A DNA stretch of 64,000 bases, taken from the NCBI GenBank assembly GCA_001600815.1, contig BCKZ01000007.1, forward strand, positions 854,059 to 918,058. Reading direction: 5' to 3'. This DNA is from Alloascoidea hylecoeti (lineage: Eukaryota). Positions 50,486-60,650 of this stretch are shown here, in pieces (the stretch's first letter is position 1; each line of letters opens with the position of its first letter). The notes under the pieces are model-generated. The model saw only the letters and a list, made by a program, of their open reading frames with translations. It ran no database searches and had not been told where the DNA came from. The position numbers and the translations under genes were made by a program.

Positions 50486-51688
50486 ATGTCTTTCAGAACT
50501 CCTGCTGCTCGTATTGCTCGTCTTACCGCCACTAAATTGACTGCAAACACCATCTCAAAGAGATCTTTTGCTGCATTGGCCAGATCTACTATTAGACCAA
50601 CTGTCGCAAACCAAGCTGTTTCTTCAGTTGCTACTAGAGGTCTCAAGACAATTAACTTCGCTGGTACTGAAGAAGTTGTTCATGAACGTGCTGACTGGCC
50701 CCGTGAGAAATTACTCGACTACTTTAAGAATGACACATTAGCCTTAATTGGTTATGGTTCCCAAGGTTATGGTCAGGGTCTCAACTTGAGAGATAATGGT
50801 CTTAATGTTATCATTGGTGTTAGAAAGGATGGTGCTTCTTGGAAAGCCGCTATCGAAGATGGTTGGGTTCCAGGTGAGAATCTTTTCGATGTCCATGAGG
50901 CCATTAAGAAGGGTTCTATCGTTATGAACCTTTTGTCTGATGCTGCTCAATCTGAAACCTGGGACTCAATTAAACCCCTTTTAACAAAAGGAAAGACTCT
51001 TTACTTCTCCCATGGATTTTCTCCGGTTTTCAAAGACTTGACTCATGTTGTTCCACCAACTGACATTGATGTTATCCTTGTCGCTCCAAAGGGTTCCGGC
51101 AGAACCGTCAGATCCTTGTTCAAAGAAGGTCGTGGTATCAACTCTTCATATGCTATTTTCCAAGATGTTACAGGAAAGGCAGAGGAAAAGAGTGTCGCTT
51201 TAGCTGTTGCCATTGGTTCCGGTTATGTTTACCAAACTACATTCCAAAAGGAAGTTTATTCTGACTTGTACGGTGAACGTGGTTGTTTAATGGGTGGTAT
51301 TCACGGTATGTTCTTAGCCCAATACGAAGTCTTACGTGAAAATGGACATTCTCCTTCTGAAGCTTTCAACGAAACTGTTGAGGAAGCAACACAATCCTTG
51401 TATCCATTGGTTGGTAAATATGGTATGGATTATATGTATGATGCTTGTTCTACCACTGCTAGACGTGGTGCTTTAGATTGGTATCCAATTTTCAAGAAGG
51501 CTTTGAAACCAGTTTTCGAAGACTTATATGCTTCTACTAAAAATGGTACTGAAACTCAAAGATCTTTGGACTTCAATTCTCAATCTGACTACAGAGCTAA
51601 ATTAGAAGAAGAACTAGAAACCATTAGAAGTATGGAAATCTGGAGAGTTGGTAAGGAAGTTAGAAAACTCAGACCTGAGAATAATTAA
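50486..51688 (+). CDS. ILV5: Ketol-acid reductoisomerase, mitochondrial
   Basis: ALIGYGSQGYGQGLNLRDNG, APKGSGRTVR, SDLYGERGCLMG and CSTTARRGA. Confidence 0.98.
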   Translation: MSFRTPAARIARLTATKLTANTISKRSFAALARSTIRPTVANQAVSSVATRGLKTINFAGTEEVVHERADWPREKLLDYFKNDTLALIGYGSQGYGQGLNLRDNGLNVIIGVRKDGASWKAAIEDGWVPGENLFDVHEAIKKGSIVMNLLSDAAQSETWDSIKPLLTKGKTLYFSHGFSPVFKDLTHVVPPTDIDVILVAPKGSGRTVRSLFKEGRGINSSYAIFQDVTGKAEEKSVALAVAIGSGYVYQTTFQKEVYSDLYGERGCLMGGIHGMFLAQYEVLRENGHSPSEAFNETVEEATQSLYPLVGKYGMDYMYDACSTTARRGALDWYPIFKKALKPVFEDLYASTKNGTETQRSLDFNSQSDYRAKLEEELETIRSMEIWRVGKEVRKLRPENN

Positions 51689-52384
51689 ATTGGATAGAAA
51701 GGATAAAACAAAGAATAGATTGTTTATATATTGCTGCTCTTGTTAATTTTTTCTTTACTCATTATTATATTTTATGTTATCTGTTTTATTTTTGACGATT
51801 TTTTGAACACATGAAAATGACCAAACGAATGGTCTTTTATGTTTATCTTTACATATGTACTTGTATTTATCATTGGTTAATAAAAATGTCATGACAATTT
51901 ATTAGACCTGTTAAAGTTCTTAAAACCTGTAAATGTCACTGTAGTTAGATCTCATGGATGCGAAATATATCATTTTTTACACTCAAATTTTAAATCTTAA
52001 GATTTTCTTCTAGGATATAATTATTCTAACTTCTGAGACCTTATCGGAGAAGAGCGGCCTGCCACTGTTTAACTCTATCGGCAGCTAATCTTTTGTGAAT
52101 AATCATTTGAGCCCAATTATCTATGATTACATAAATGTAGTAATCTGATTCGGCGTTAAATTCAATATAAAATCAATAGATTTTCAGTGTTGTGAAAAAT
52201 TGGGCATCGCCAGTTTCCTGATTTAGAAAGACAGTCACAAAAACTGGAGAATATTACAGAACGACTGTGTATATCAAGGAACGTATTCTCCAAAATAATT
52301 ATGACGAGTTAAAGCCGGGTAAATTGTGAATGAAAAACAAGATTTTGAAATACTTTTCATTATACAAACAACAAGAAATCCAAT

Positions 52385-53152
52385 ATGGCTGTAGGTAAAA
52401 ATAAGAGGCTCAGCAAAGGAAAGAAAGGTCTTAAGAAGAAGGTTGTCGACCCATTCACAAGAAAAGACTGGTTTGATATCAAGGCCCCATCTACATTTGA
52501 AAACAGAAATGTTGGTAAGACTCTCGTCAATAGATCCACTGGTTTGAAGAACTCAGCAGATGCTTTGAAGGGACGTATTCTTGAGGTTTGTCTTGCTGAT
52601 TTACAAGGACAAGAGGATCACTCTTTCCGTAAAGTTAAGCTCCGTGTTGATGAAGTTCAAGGAAAGAATTTACTTACCAATTTCCACGGTTTGGACTTTA
52701 CCTCTGACAAGCTACGTTCATTGGTTAGAAAATGGCAAACTTTGATTGAGGTTAACGTCACTGTCAAGACTACAGATGACTACTATTTGAGAATCTTTGT
52801 TATTGCTTTCACCAAGAGATTACCTAACCAAATTAAGAAGACCACATATGCCCAATCTTCTCAAATCCGTCAAATTAGAAAGAAGGCCACTGAAATTATC
52901 ACCCGTGAAGTTTCATCTGTTACTTTAGCTCAATTAACTTCTAAATTGATTCCAGAAGTTATCGGACGTGAGATTGAAAAATCAACAAATGGTATTTATC
53001 CATTACAAAATGTTCATGTCCGTAAAGTTAAATTATTAAAACAACCAAAATTTGACTTGGGCTCTTTATTAGCTTTACACGGTGAAGGTTCTTCCGAAGA
53101 TACTGGTAAGAAAGTTAAGGGATTTAAAGAACAAGTTTTAGAATCTGTTTAA
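52385..53152 (+). CDS. RPS1: 40S ribosomal protein eS1 (S3Ae)
   Basis: [35 protein letters not shown]...; full length. Confidence 0.98.
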   Translation: MAVGKNKRLSKGKKGLKKKVVDPFTRKDWFDIKAPSTFENRNVGKTLVNRSTGLKNSADALKGRILEVCLADLQGQEDHSFRKVKLRVDEVQGKNLLTNFHGLDFTSDKLRSLVRKWQTLIEVNVTVKTTDDYYLRIFVIAFTKRLPNQIKKTTYAQSSQIRQIRKKATEIITREVSSVTLAQLTSKLIPEVIGREIEKSTNGIYPLQNVHVRKVKLLKQPKFDLGSLLALHGEGSSEDTGKKVKGFKEQVLESV

Positions 53153-53789
53153 ATTTAAATAAAATAATGATATAATGAATTAATCAATTGGTTGTTTATT
53201 AACTTGTACTCTAAATTCCTATCTCTTTAATCTATTATTTCTTCCTATATCATTATACAATAGAATATTTTGTTCAACAACGTAATAGTAATAAAGAGTC
53301 ACTTTTGGTGTCCATTTGTTCCGTATTAATACTTGTCAGGATTCTAATGAATAGAATCCAAGATTTTTAAGATTGTACCATGTTTAATTAATTAATATTT
53401 TTCTTTTCCTTTGTCCAAAAACACACCTACCTGACTATTATACAATATGTGGAAGCAGTGTGAAAATTTGACATACGAGAGTAGGAACAATTAGTGCATC
53501 TATCATATATCATCCGCTTGTTAAATTCTTATACCACGATACTTGAACCGCCGGAAAATAACAGTATATACCGTAAAAGTTACCTCAACAAGTCAACAGA
53601 AGAAATGATGAGTTTATTACCCAAGATATATAACACTAAAAACCTTAAAAGAAAAGTATAATTTATTACACAGCGTACATTTAAGAGATAATGACTTGTG
53701 TTATGGCTTAAAGTTTATACATCAAATTGTTTTAGTACTAGTATCCTTTGACGATTCTATATCTTCAGACAAATACCCAGAGACTTCAG

Positions 53790-54475
53790 CCGTATGCATA
53801 CTATTAAAACTTAAACACTTAAGCTTCGTTACAATCGCGTGTAAAGCTCTATTTATATAAAATAACTTAGTTCGCTCCCTGTTTGTTTTAGCTTTACAGG
53901 GCCTTCTAATTAATACAGTAATAGGGAAAAATTTTGAATCTAATATGATACTACTTAATTTAGGCCATTCTGACTACTTATTATCGGTCATCTACTAACT
54001 TATTCTTCGACCCCATTATTCGGGTTGATACGATCCGGAATATGCATGCAGGGATATAGAACAAAAAAGTTTTGAGAGTGACCAAAAATTAGTAGTTAGA
54101 ATGGCCTAAAGTAAGTGGTATCACTCCATTCGTTCCAAAGTTGTCTAGTTTGACGGATGTGTTCCTCAGTCAACTATTTATCAATAGATAAAAGATCACC
54201 ACACAAAAAGAAATGATGTAAGGGAAACTGTGGGCGCATTTTTGTGTGACGCAAAAAATAGTTGACAAACTAGTTTGGAACTGATCATCATACATTACAT
54301 TAGATTCAAACGTGTTTCTTACCCCCCGTGAGAGTATAACAATTTTTCTTTTTAACCTCTTGTGCGATTTGTATCATGATGGGGGTAGCGATTATAGCGA
54401 AACTTAACTAACACGTATAAAAAGCTTCTCATTCTAATATACGGTCATTTAGATTTTTCATTCTATATTTTTGTA
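53790..54475 (+). ncRNA. Candidate large structured non-coding RNA (identity, strand and ends uncertain)
   Basis: Nested helices: 53819-38/54388-407, 53840-48/53890-98, 53933-44/54299-310, 53946-90/54079-123, 54132-79/54255-81 and 54320-26/54381-87. Sm-like ATTTTTG at 54467. No ORF. Confidence 0.4.
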
Positions 54476-54881
54476 CTTCGCGACTTCATTACAAAAATGT
54501 GAAATTTAAAGTAATATTGTTCGTCATGTTTAAGTACTTTTAGACGAAACGGTTACATAACTATGTATATAACACTGGTTGCCACACACTTTTCTGAGGA
54601 TATTATCATTGTTAGTAATAAATTATACTGAACTTGACCCTTATAATCAAGATATATTATACGTTGTTTTTACTTATTTCATTTACTCTATTATTATTTC
54701 AGTAGTAGAATTAAAAGATATTTATATGACTACTACTGAACGAATGATCCGTATACCTTATATATTGCACTAGTGTTACATATAGTCCCAATTCATTATT
54801 ATTTTCAAAACTTTAGCTTTATGATTGAAAGAACTATCTTCTTAATTGTAAATATAAAAACACAAATTAGTTTTTATACTT

Positions 54882-55832
54882 TTATTCCGAACTTGAAACG
54901 ACCCGAATAGTAGACTTTGCCCCTGCCCTTGGTGTTGAACATGGTCTTTGAACTGGCCATGAGACAGGCCTTGAGGCTGGACGTGAGAGTGGACGTGATT
55001 TTGACCTTGGGACAGGCCTTGAGATAGACTTGGATGCTGGTCTTGTTGCCGGTCGTGAGGTTGGCCTTGAGGTTGGCCTTGAGGTTGGCCTTGAAGTTGG
55101 CCTTGAGCTCGGCCTCGAACTTGACCTTGAGTGTGTCTTGGAATTTTCCTGTTTGACCGAATTCTCTGGTGAATTTATTGAATTTATTGAAGTTATTGGT
55201 GATATTGGCGATATTGAAGTTACTGGAGTTATATTTATAGGATTTAAATATGATGTTGAAACAGAACTTGAAACAGATATAGATCTTCTATGCCTATGAT
55301 CATTAATAAGATCAATTTTTTTTTTCTGATTGCGTACTTTATCATAATACTTTCTGCAATTCAAAGGCATATCTCTTACCCAATCCAAAAAATAAGCTTT
55401 ATGATCAAATGATTCAATCAAATTTTTATAGTTTCTTATAAATTCCAATGCCGGTACATTATTACAGGCATCTTCTAATGCCATATAAACTGATTTTGAA
55501 TCAAAAGGTTTACCAGTTAATTCCTTTTCAATATCATTACTAAAATTTCTAGCTGATATCATACCATCATATTTAAAGGGTGGGAATTTATAACTGACTG
55601 AAACAAGTTTGGAATTTGATGATGATGCTGATGGGTTTGAATATGATATGGTCCGTGTGTAAACACTTAATTTTTCTATTCGTTCTAATAATCGTTTATT
55701 TACCGCAGCTGAGTCTTGCAATATCTTTTCTATCCTCTCATTTGACTCCGCTACTCTCCTAACGGATTTAGATAATTCGGTGAGTTGTAGGGTGTTTTCA
55801 TCGATTAGTATCACCTCTTGATTTGAAGGCAT
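54882..55832 (-). CDS. Uncharacterised protein: coiled coil, possible Gag-capsid-like core, basic SRP(T/S) repeat tail
   Basis: Intact 316-aa ORF with an upstream TATA-like sequence; FPPFKYDGMISARNFSNDIE; a 12-bp repeat encodes (SRPT)n. Confidence 0.6.
   Translation of the reverse strand: MPSNQEVILIDENTLQLTELSKSVRRVAESNERIEKILQDSAAVNKRLLERIEKLSVYTRTISYSNPSASSSNSKLVSVSYKFPPFKYDGMISARNFSNDIEKELTGKPFDSKSVYMALEDACNNVPALEFIRNYKNLIESFDHKAYFLDWVRDMPLNCRKYYDKVRNQKKKIDLINDHRHRRSISVSSSVSTSYLNPINITPVTSISPISPITSINSINSPENSVKQENSKTHSRSSSRPSSRPTSRPTSRPTSRPTSRPATRPASKSISRPVPRSKSRPLSRPASRPVSWPVQRPCSTPRAGAKSTIRVVSSSE
55057..55128 (+). repeat. 12-bp coding minisatellite GAGGTTGGCCTT
   Basis: Three perfect copies plus degenerate ones. 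Confidence 0.9.
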
Positions 55833-57678
55833 TTCAGACGGAACGGTACTAATTTGAACGGAGCTTCTAGCTGTTGTGTTAGTAAGTAAGATATGAAAAA
55901 TTATAAACTGTAAGAGTGCTGGTAATAAATTAATATTGCGTTTAATTATATATTTATATTTACCTTCGGAATAAATTTCTGAACATTTTTGTAAGGATTA
56001 TTTATAAGGAGAGGAATGAGTTTTCTATCTACTTAATATATAAATAATATTAATATACTATTTTTATCCACAACCAGATTATATAAATTAGCTAAGATAT
56101 GATTAAATGGTAGCTGATTAAAGCCACAAACGTGTGCTGGTCAAAAGTTTAAAATGCGACTCAGGATTTATCTTTCTATATAAATTCTGTTTTTCCCTAA
56201 CAGGATCATCTACTTCCTTTGGATTCAATCAGTAATCACATGTAATTGTGATAGTCCATGCATAAACATGGCTAACACGAATTCTCGAGCTCATGAATAT
56301 CCCGGAACTCTCAAATTTGTTTTAGCTTGTTTCTTCAGCCTCTGAAATTTGCCTCTGAAACCTGTCACCAAAAGTATTCCAAAGCCATGGCATCCGCATT
56401 TTATGTTGACATCACACACACGGAAGTAAAAAAGAGGATGGATGGTTCGGTGTTGTCTAGGTACCAAATGATAAGACCAAATTAGATGATCATCTTAAGC
56501 CTTCAATAATAGTAGTTCTGGAACTTGCAATACCTAGCATGATAGCTAGTACTAACAATAAAACAGCTACATTTGAGACGTAACTAGCTGTTTAACAATA
56601 TGATGCGCATAGCCATGAACTCACACTGACATAATCATAACAACATGGCCGAGGTACACCTTTTGCCGATGGCTGTGAAATCAAAGATCTAGATAAAGAG
56701 CATATTGAATGTGAACTTTCTACTGTGTCTAGTATTTGTCCACAGAACAACCCTACGTCAACAACATGAATCATGACCATGACAAAGATATGGTTTTATC
56801 CAAAAGTACAACTGATCATATCTACCATTCAATATTATATAATAACGTCGCTATATGCTTCCTAGAAATTAGAATTGATTGTCAAATTGATGAAAAAGAT
56901 AACCATGGCATGGTATAGAACGAGAACAATATTAATTCCCCACAAGTTACAGTCTATTCTTCAGTTGCAACCAACCTACGTAGCCTCATAATATGTGCGT
57001 ACTGGCCAAGGTTTCAACAATAGCAAAGCTTAATTTTTTCGAAACATCATCCAAAAATATTCTATAGCCAGGCCTAATTATACACCTGTAGTTCAACTTC
57101 AGAGTCTTCAGGCCACGGACATGGATAGTCGACGCCACCATCATATATTAATGTTAGTCATATTCATAAACGCCATTAATATGATGTAGTCGTAAAAATT
57201 GACAGATCGCTCCAGCCAATATTTAAGCTTATTATTTAATTAATTAACCTTTGTATTTGAATTCATCCATTATTTTTGGTATTTCCGGAACACGTATATT
57301 TATGAATCATAGTATTTCCATACGTATATTTTTGTTCCGCAGCTTTCTTTTGAATGAGTTCGTTCTCTCAATCTCGATATATCATGATCATTCAAAAAAC
57401 TTACTAGAGATATATAGTAATCAACTTGGATTATCTGAATATTTAAGACACAAACTAGGAAGGAATGTAAGATTTTAGTAGCTCAGCTGGTAGATCAATT
57501 ACATGTAGGTCCAGCAGAGTATTTCACTAACTACACTTAAGTTATATTAACTGAATATTTTAAAAAACTAAAACAATATACATTAATCAAAGTTAAAAAC
57601 ATAAAAAATAATCTCTTAATTATAATACCATATCATCATAAACCAATAAACAAAAAAAGTATAAATATAAAGATGAAT

Positions 57679-59109
57679 TTAGAGACCAGAACCGCCAAAG
57701 ATAACAATATTGATGACACTTAAAATTTCGCCAACCCTCTTATTTATGAACCCGAAGCATTTAACTGAATCATTTGTGAAACAAGACGGGAAAAATGCTG
57801 CAATATTAAGGAAGAAATCAAGTCCCAAGAAGAAGAAAAGAGCAATGAACCTTGAAATAATGCTAATGAGATGAGGTGATGGTGGGGAAAGTTTGAATCC
57901 ACCAGGGAATACTATAAGACCGTCACTTGGCAAAGATCCAACAGGGCTGGAATTTGGAAGTGGGATTGGAAATGGAAATGGTAAGCTACTAGGGAATGGG
58001 AATGGTAAACCATTACCGGCAGAAGGAGCTGGGAATGGAAGGCCACCAGTTGGGAATGGGAATGGCAAACCACCAGTTGGGATTGAGAATGGTAAACCAG
58101 TAGCAGTATTGTCAACTTTATTAAATTCATCAACTGTGGCTAACATCTTAGAATTTCCAGGAACTTGAAAGGTATAATAGGATGCATGACTGTTATAAAG
58201 TGCAGTTAACGCACCGAAAATGTTTCCGAGTGAGAGGTCTGGTGGGTTTAGGTTCTCTAATCCGTCACAAGTCAAAGCACCTGGAGCACAGACAACTACA
58301 TTGTTTGTACGAACAGGAAATTGTTCATTGTTGAGAAATATCTTCAAACCGTTTGGTGCATAATTATCGGTGGGTAAGGCGGTAACAATATCAAAGTCAT
58401 GAGTGTGACGAATGAAACCGGAGACAATTCCTTGAGAAAGTTTTTCAAATGCGTCGTTGTGGTTGAAGACGTTATCAATCAATTGAGATAAACCGCTGTC
58501 ACCAAATCTTGGTGAGCCATAAGTAATGACTTTTGTGTTATATCCTGATCTGGCCAACTCTAAACCTGATAAGCCTGCAATTGGCCCACCAATTGAATGT
58601 CCAAGAACTGTAATATTTAAACCGTGAATTTTTCCAGAGATATCAGCAACCACCTGTTCAATTTCTTTCCAAATATTCTGGAAAGCCGCAAATGCGCCAG
58701 AATGCACAAGAGCATCAATAGTTTGTGTAATGTTTCCGGATGGTGTGTATGGAATCAATTTTTTTGCTTCATCACTTAAATAATCTGATAATCCTGCTGC
58801 ACTTGTAAATGAAATGGTAAGTTCCTTTGCTGCATTGTTCAAGTAAAATCCTGCGGAAATACCCAAAGGAGAAGCATTGTCAATGACATGAGTTAGAGAT
58901 ATTTGATCAACGCTAGGATAATGGGAAAGAAGCTCCGACGGAACAGCATAGTCGCCAGGATTGGCAGCAGAGTAACCTTTACTTTGAATTTCGGCATAAG
59001 CTTGTAAAGCTTCAAGAGCGCTTGCACCCTTATTTGAAAGCAAAAAAGAACCGTCTGCTAAAACAGTAGTGAAAAAAAGTATTGACGATGCAATTGATAA
59101 GAGTTTCAT
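57679..59109 (-). CDS. Secreted class-3 lipase with Pro/Gly/Phe-rich linker and hydrophobic C-terminal segment
   Basis: Signal MKLLSIASSILFFTTVLA; motifs VHSGAF, VLGHSIGG, TYGSPRFGD, THDFDIVTALP and HASYY. Confidence 0.85.
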   Translation of the reverse strand: MKLLSIASSILFFTTVLADGSFLLSNKGASALEALQAYAEIQSKGYSAANPGDYAVPSELLSHYPSVDQISLTHVIDNASPLGISAGFYLNNAAKELTISFTSAAGLSDYLSDEAKKLIPYTPSGNITQTIDALVHSGAFAAFQNIWKEIEQVVADISGKIHGLNITVLGHSIGGPIAGLSGLELARSGYNTKVITYGSPRFGDSGLSQLIDNVFNHNDAFEKLSQGIVSGFIRHTHDFDIVTALPTDNYAPNGLKIFLNNEQFPVRTNNVVVCAPGALTCDGLENLNPPDLSLGNIFGALTALYNSHASYYTFQVPGNSKMLATVDEFNKVDNTATGLPFSIPTGGLPFPFPTGGLPFPAPSAGNGLPFPFPSSLPFPFPIPLPNSSPVGSLPSDGLIVFPGGFKLSPPSPHLISIISRFIALFFFLGLDFFLNIAAFFPSCFTNDSVKCFGFINKRVGEILSVINIVIFGGSGL

Positions 59110-60339
59110 AACTATAATCAATTATTATTGTTTATTATAATTATACTTAATATTAAAATATAAGGGAATTTCATTCTTTTTATAAAGATTCTTTTTAATC
59201 TATGCAGGAATTAAGTAACAATACAATATATAAAGGAAATATAATCCTCCAATTTCACGTTTTTGATATTTGTGCATCTCATATTCTTGTAATTATGGTG
59301 TATACATTTGATATATAATGATCGCACTATGCATATAGCTGGATTCATTTAAAATTTAGATCTGGAAAATGAAGTATCAATGTATCATTGATAAAATTCT
59401 TCAACATTTGCATGTGTTCCAGCGGTATATATTACCATTTTAATTATATTCCATCCAGTTGCACGTGGAGGTCAACTTAAAGAGGTTTACAGTTTCTCTT
59501 ACTTTTAACTATAATTAAGTGATACACCAAAATATATCATAACATGTTTCGCTTTGCAATATGAAATGAAATCAAGAATTGAATCAAAATTTTAAGGTGG
59601 AAAAATATAATTATAGAGAAGTATTATTAACATTAGCGAATTATCATTTATTTGTATGTCAATCTCAATGGTTATTGTATATAAATCTTCTAGAGTTAAT
59701 GCCATATTTAACCCATACTACCTAATGTTGTGTTGGCCTACATGAATTCAAATAACGTTGGCACAAGAGACATCTATTAAAAGGAATTTATTACTATGAA
59801 CTGCGCATTGAATAACATAATCTGAACCATAATTGAGAGCTTACTATTTTTTCATATCATTGAAAAAGCTTAAATTGAAAAAACATGTAACTTATACCGG
59901 TAGAATATCACTCCAGTAAAAGAATAAAAGAATAAAAGAATAATAATAAAATACCGGGCTAGGTATAAACTATTTAAAGTTTACATCATGATCAGAAAGA
60001 TGAGTTCGCGAGTGCCTATAATTCAACAGGTTATGAATATGTGATTATAAGTAAATTGGGGAGCGTAAATGATTATACCTAGCATTTATACACAAATGTA
60101 TGAATATATGAGCTTCTGTAATATTATTAATGATATAGGTATAAAGGTTTATATATCTGCAAATGTCTATTAATGGCCCGCCGGGGATTTATGTGCATCA
60201 CTTCAGTTCATCTGCATGCATATGCGTATCAAAATTTGTGCAACATACATATTGTGCTGGTACTCCCAAAGGCCTTTATTCATACTACAATGTCACTTTC
60301 ACTGTTATTGTCCTTGTTGTTACTGTCGCATTATATTTG

Positions 60340-60650
60340 ATATAATGCAACATATAGAATGGTATCATGAATTAGAGTTTCTATACCAAATTGCAATACA
60401 ATATTGCTATACTAAAATAGCAGACTATATTCCGTAAATATTGGGTGTATTGTGCTTTGAAGCACTAAAGAGGAGGTTGAAAAGTATCTACGACAAGAAG
60501 ACAATAAAATCCCCACCAACCACCGACTTAAAAAAGAAAGGATTTGAATTCAATATACTAGAAGAAAACCGCTGAAGCTATAAACCTCAAAAATATTCGA
60601 TCGGCTTTCGTAACAACATAAATTAACCCTTTTAATCCCCTATCAAAGTT
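60340..60650 (+). mobile_element. Degenerate pogo/Fot1-type (DDE_1, Tc1-mariner superfamily) transposase fragment
   Basis: ILGVLCFEALKRR...LKKKGF...SYKPQ/NIRSAFVTT*INPFNP parallels PLDV.CF.PLKR...DK.DF...AFT..NI.SAF..TGI.PFNP with similar spacing. It contains stops and a frameshift. Confidence 0.65.

Noticed and set aside
56300..57200. Higher-GC stretch with short ORFs, possible decayed gene
   Set aside because: No recognisable motif in the frames I read.
57478..57535. tRNA-like D-arm/A-box GTAGCTCAGCTGGTAGA
   Set aside because: No TTCRA T-loop, anticodon arm or acceptor stem follows; at most a relic.
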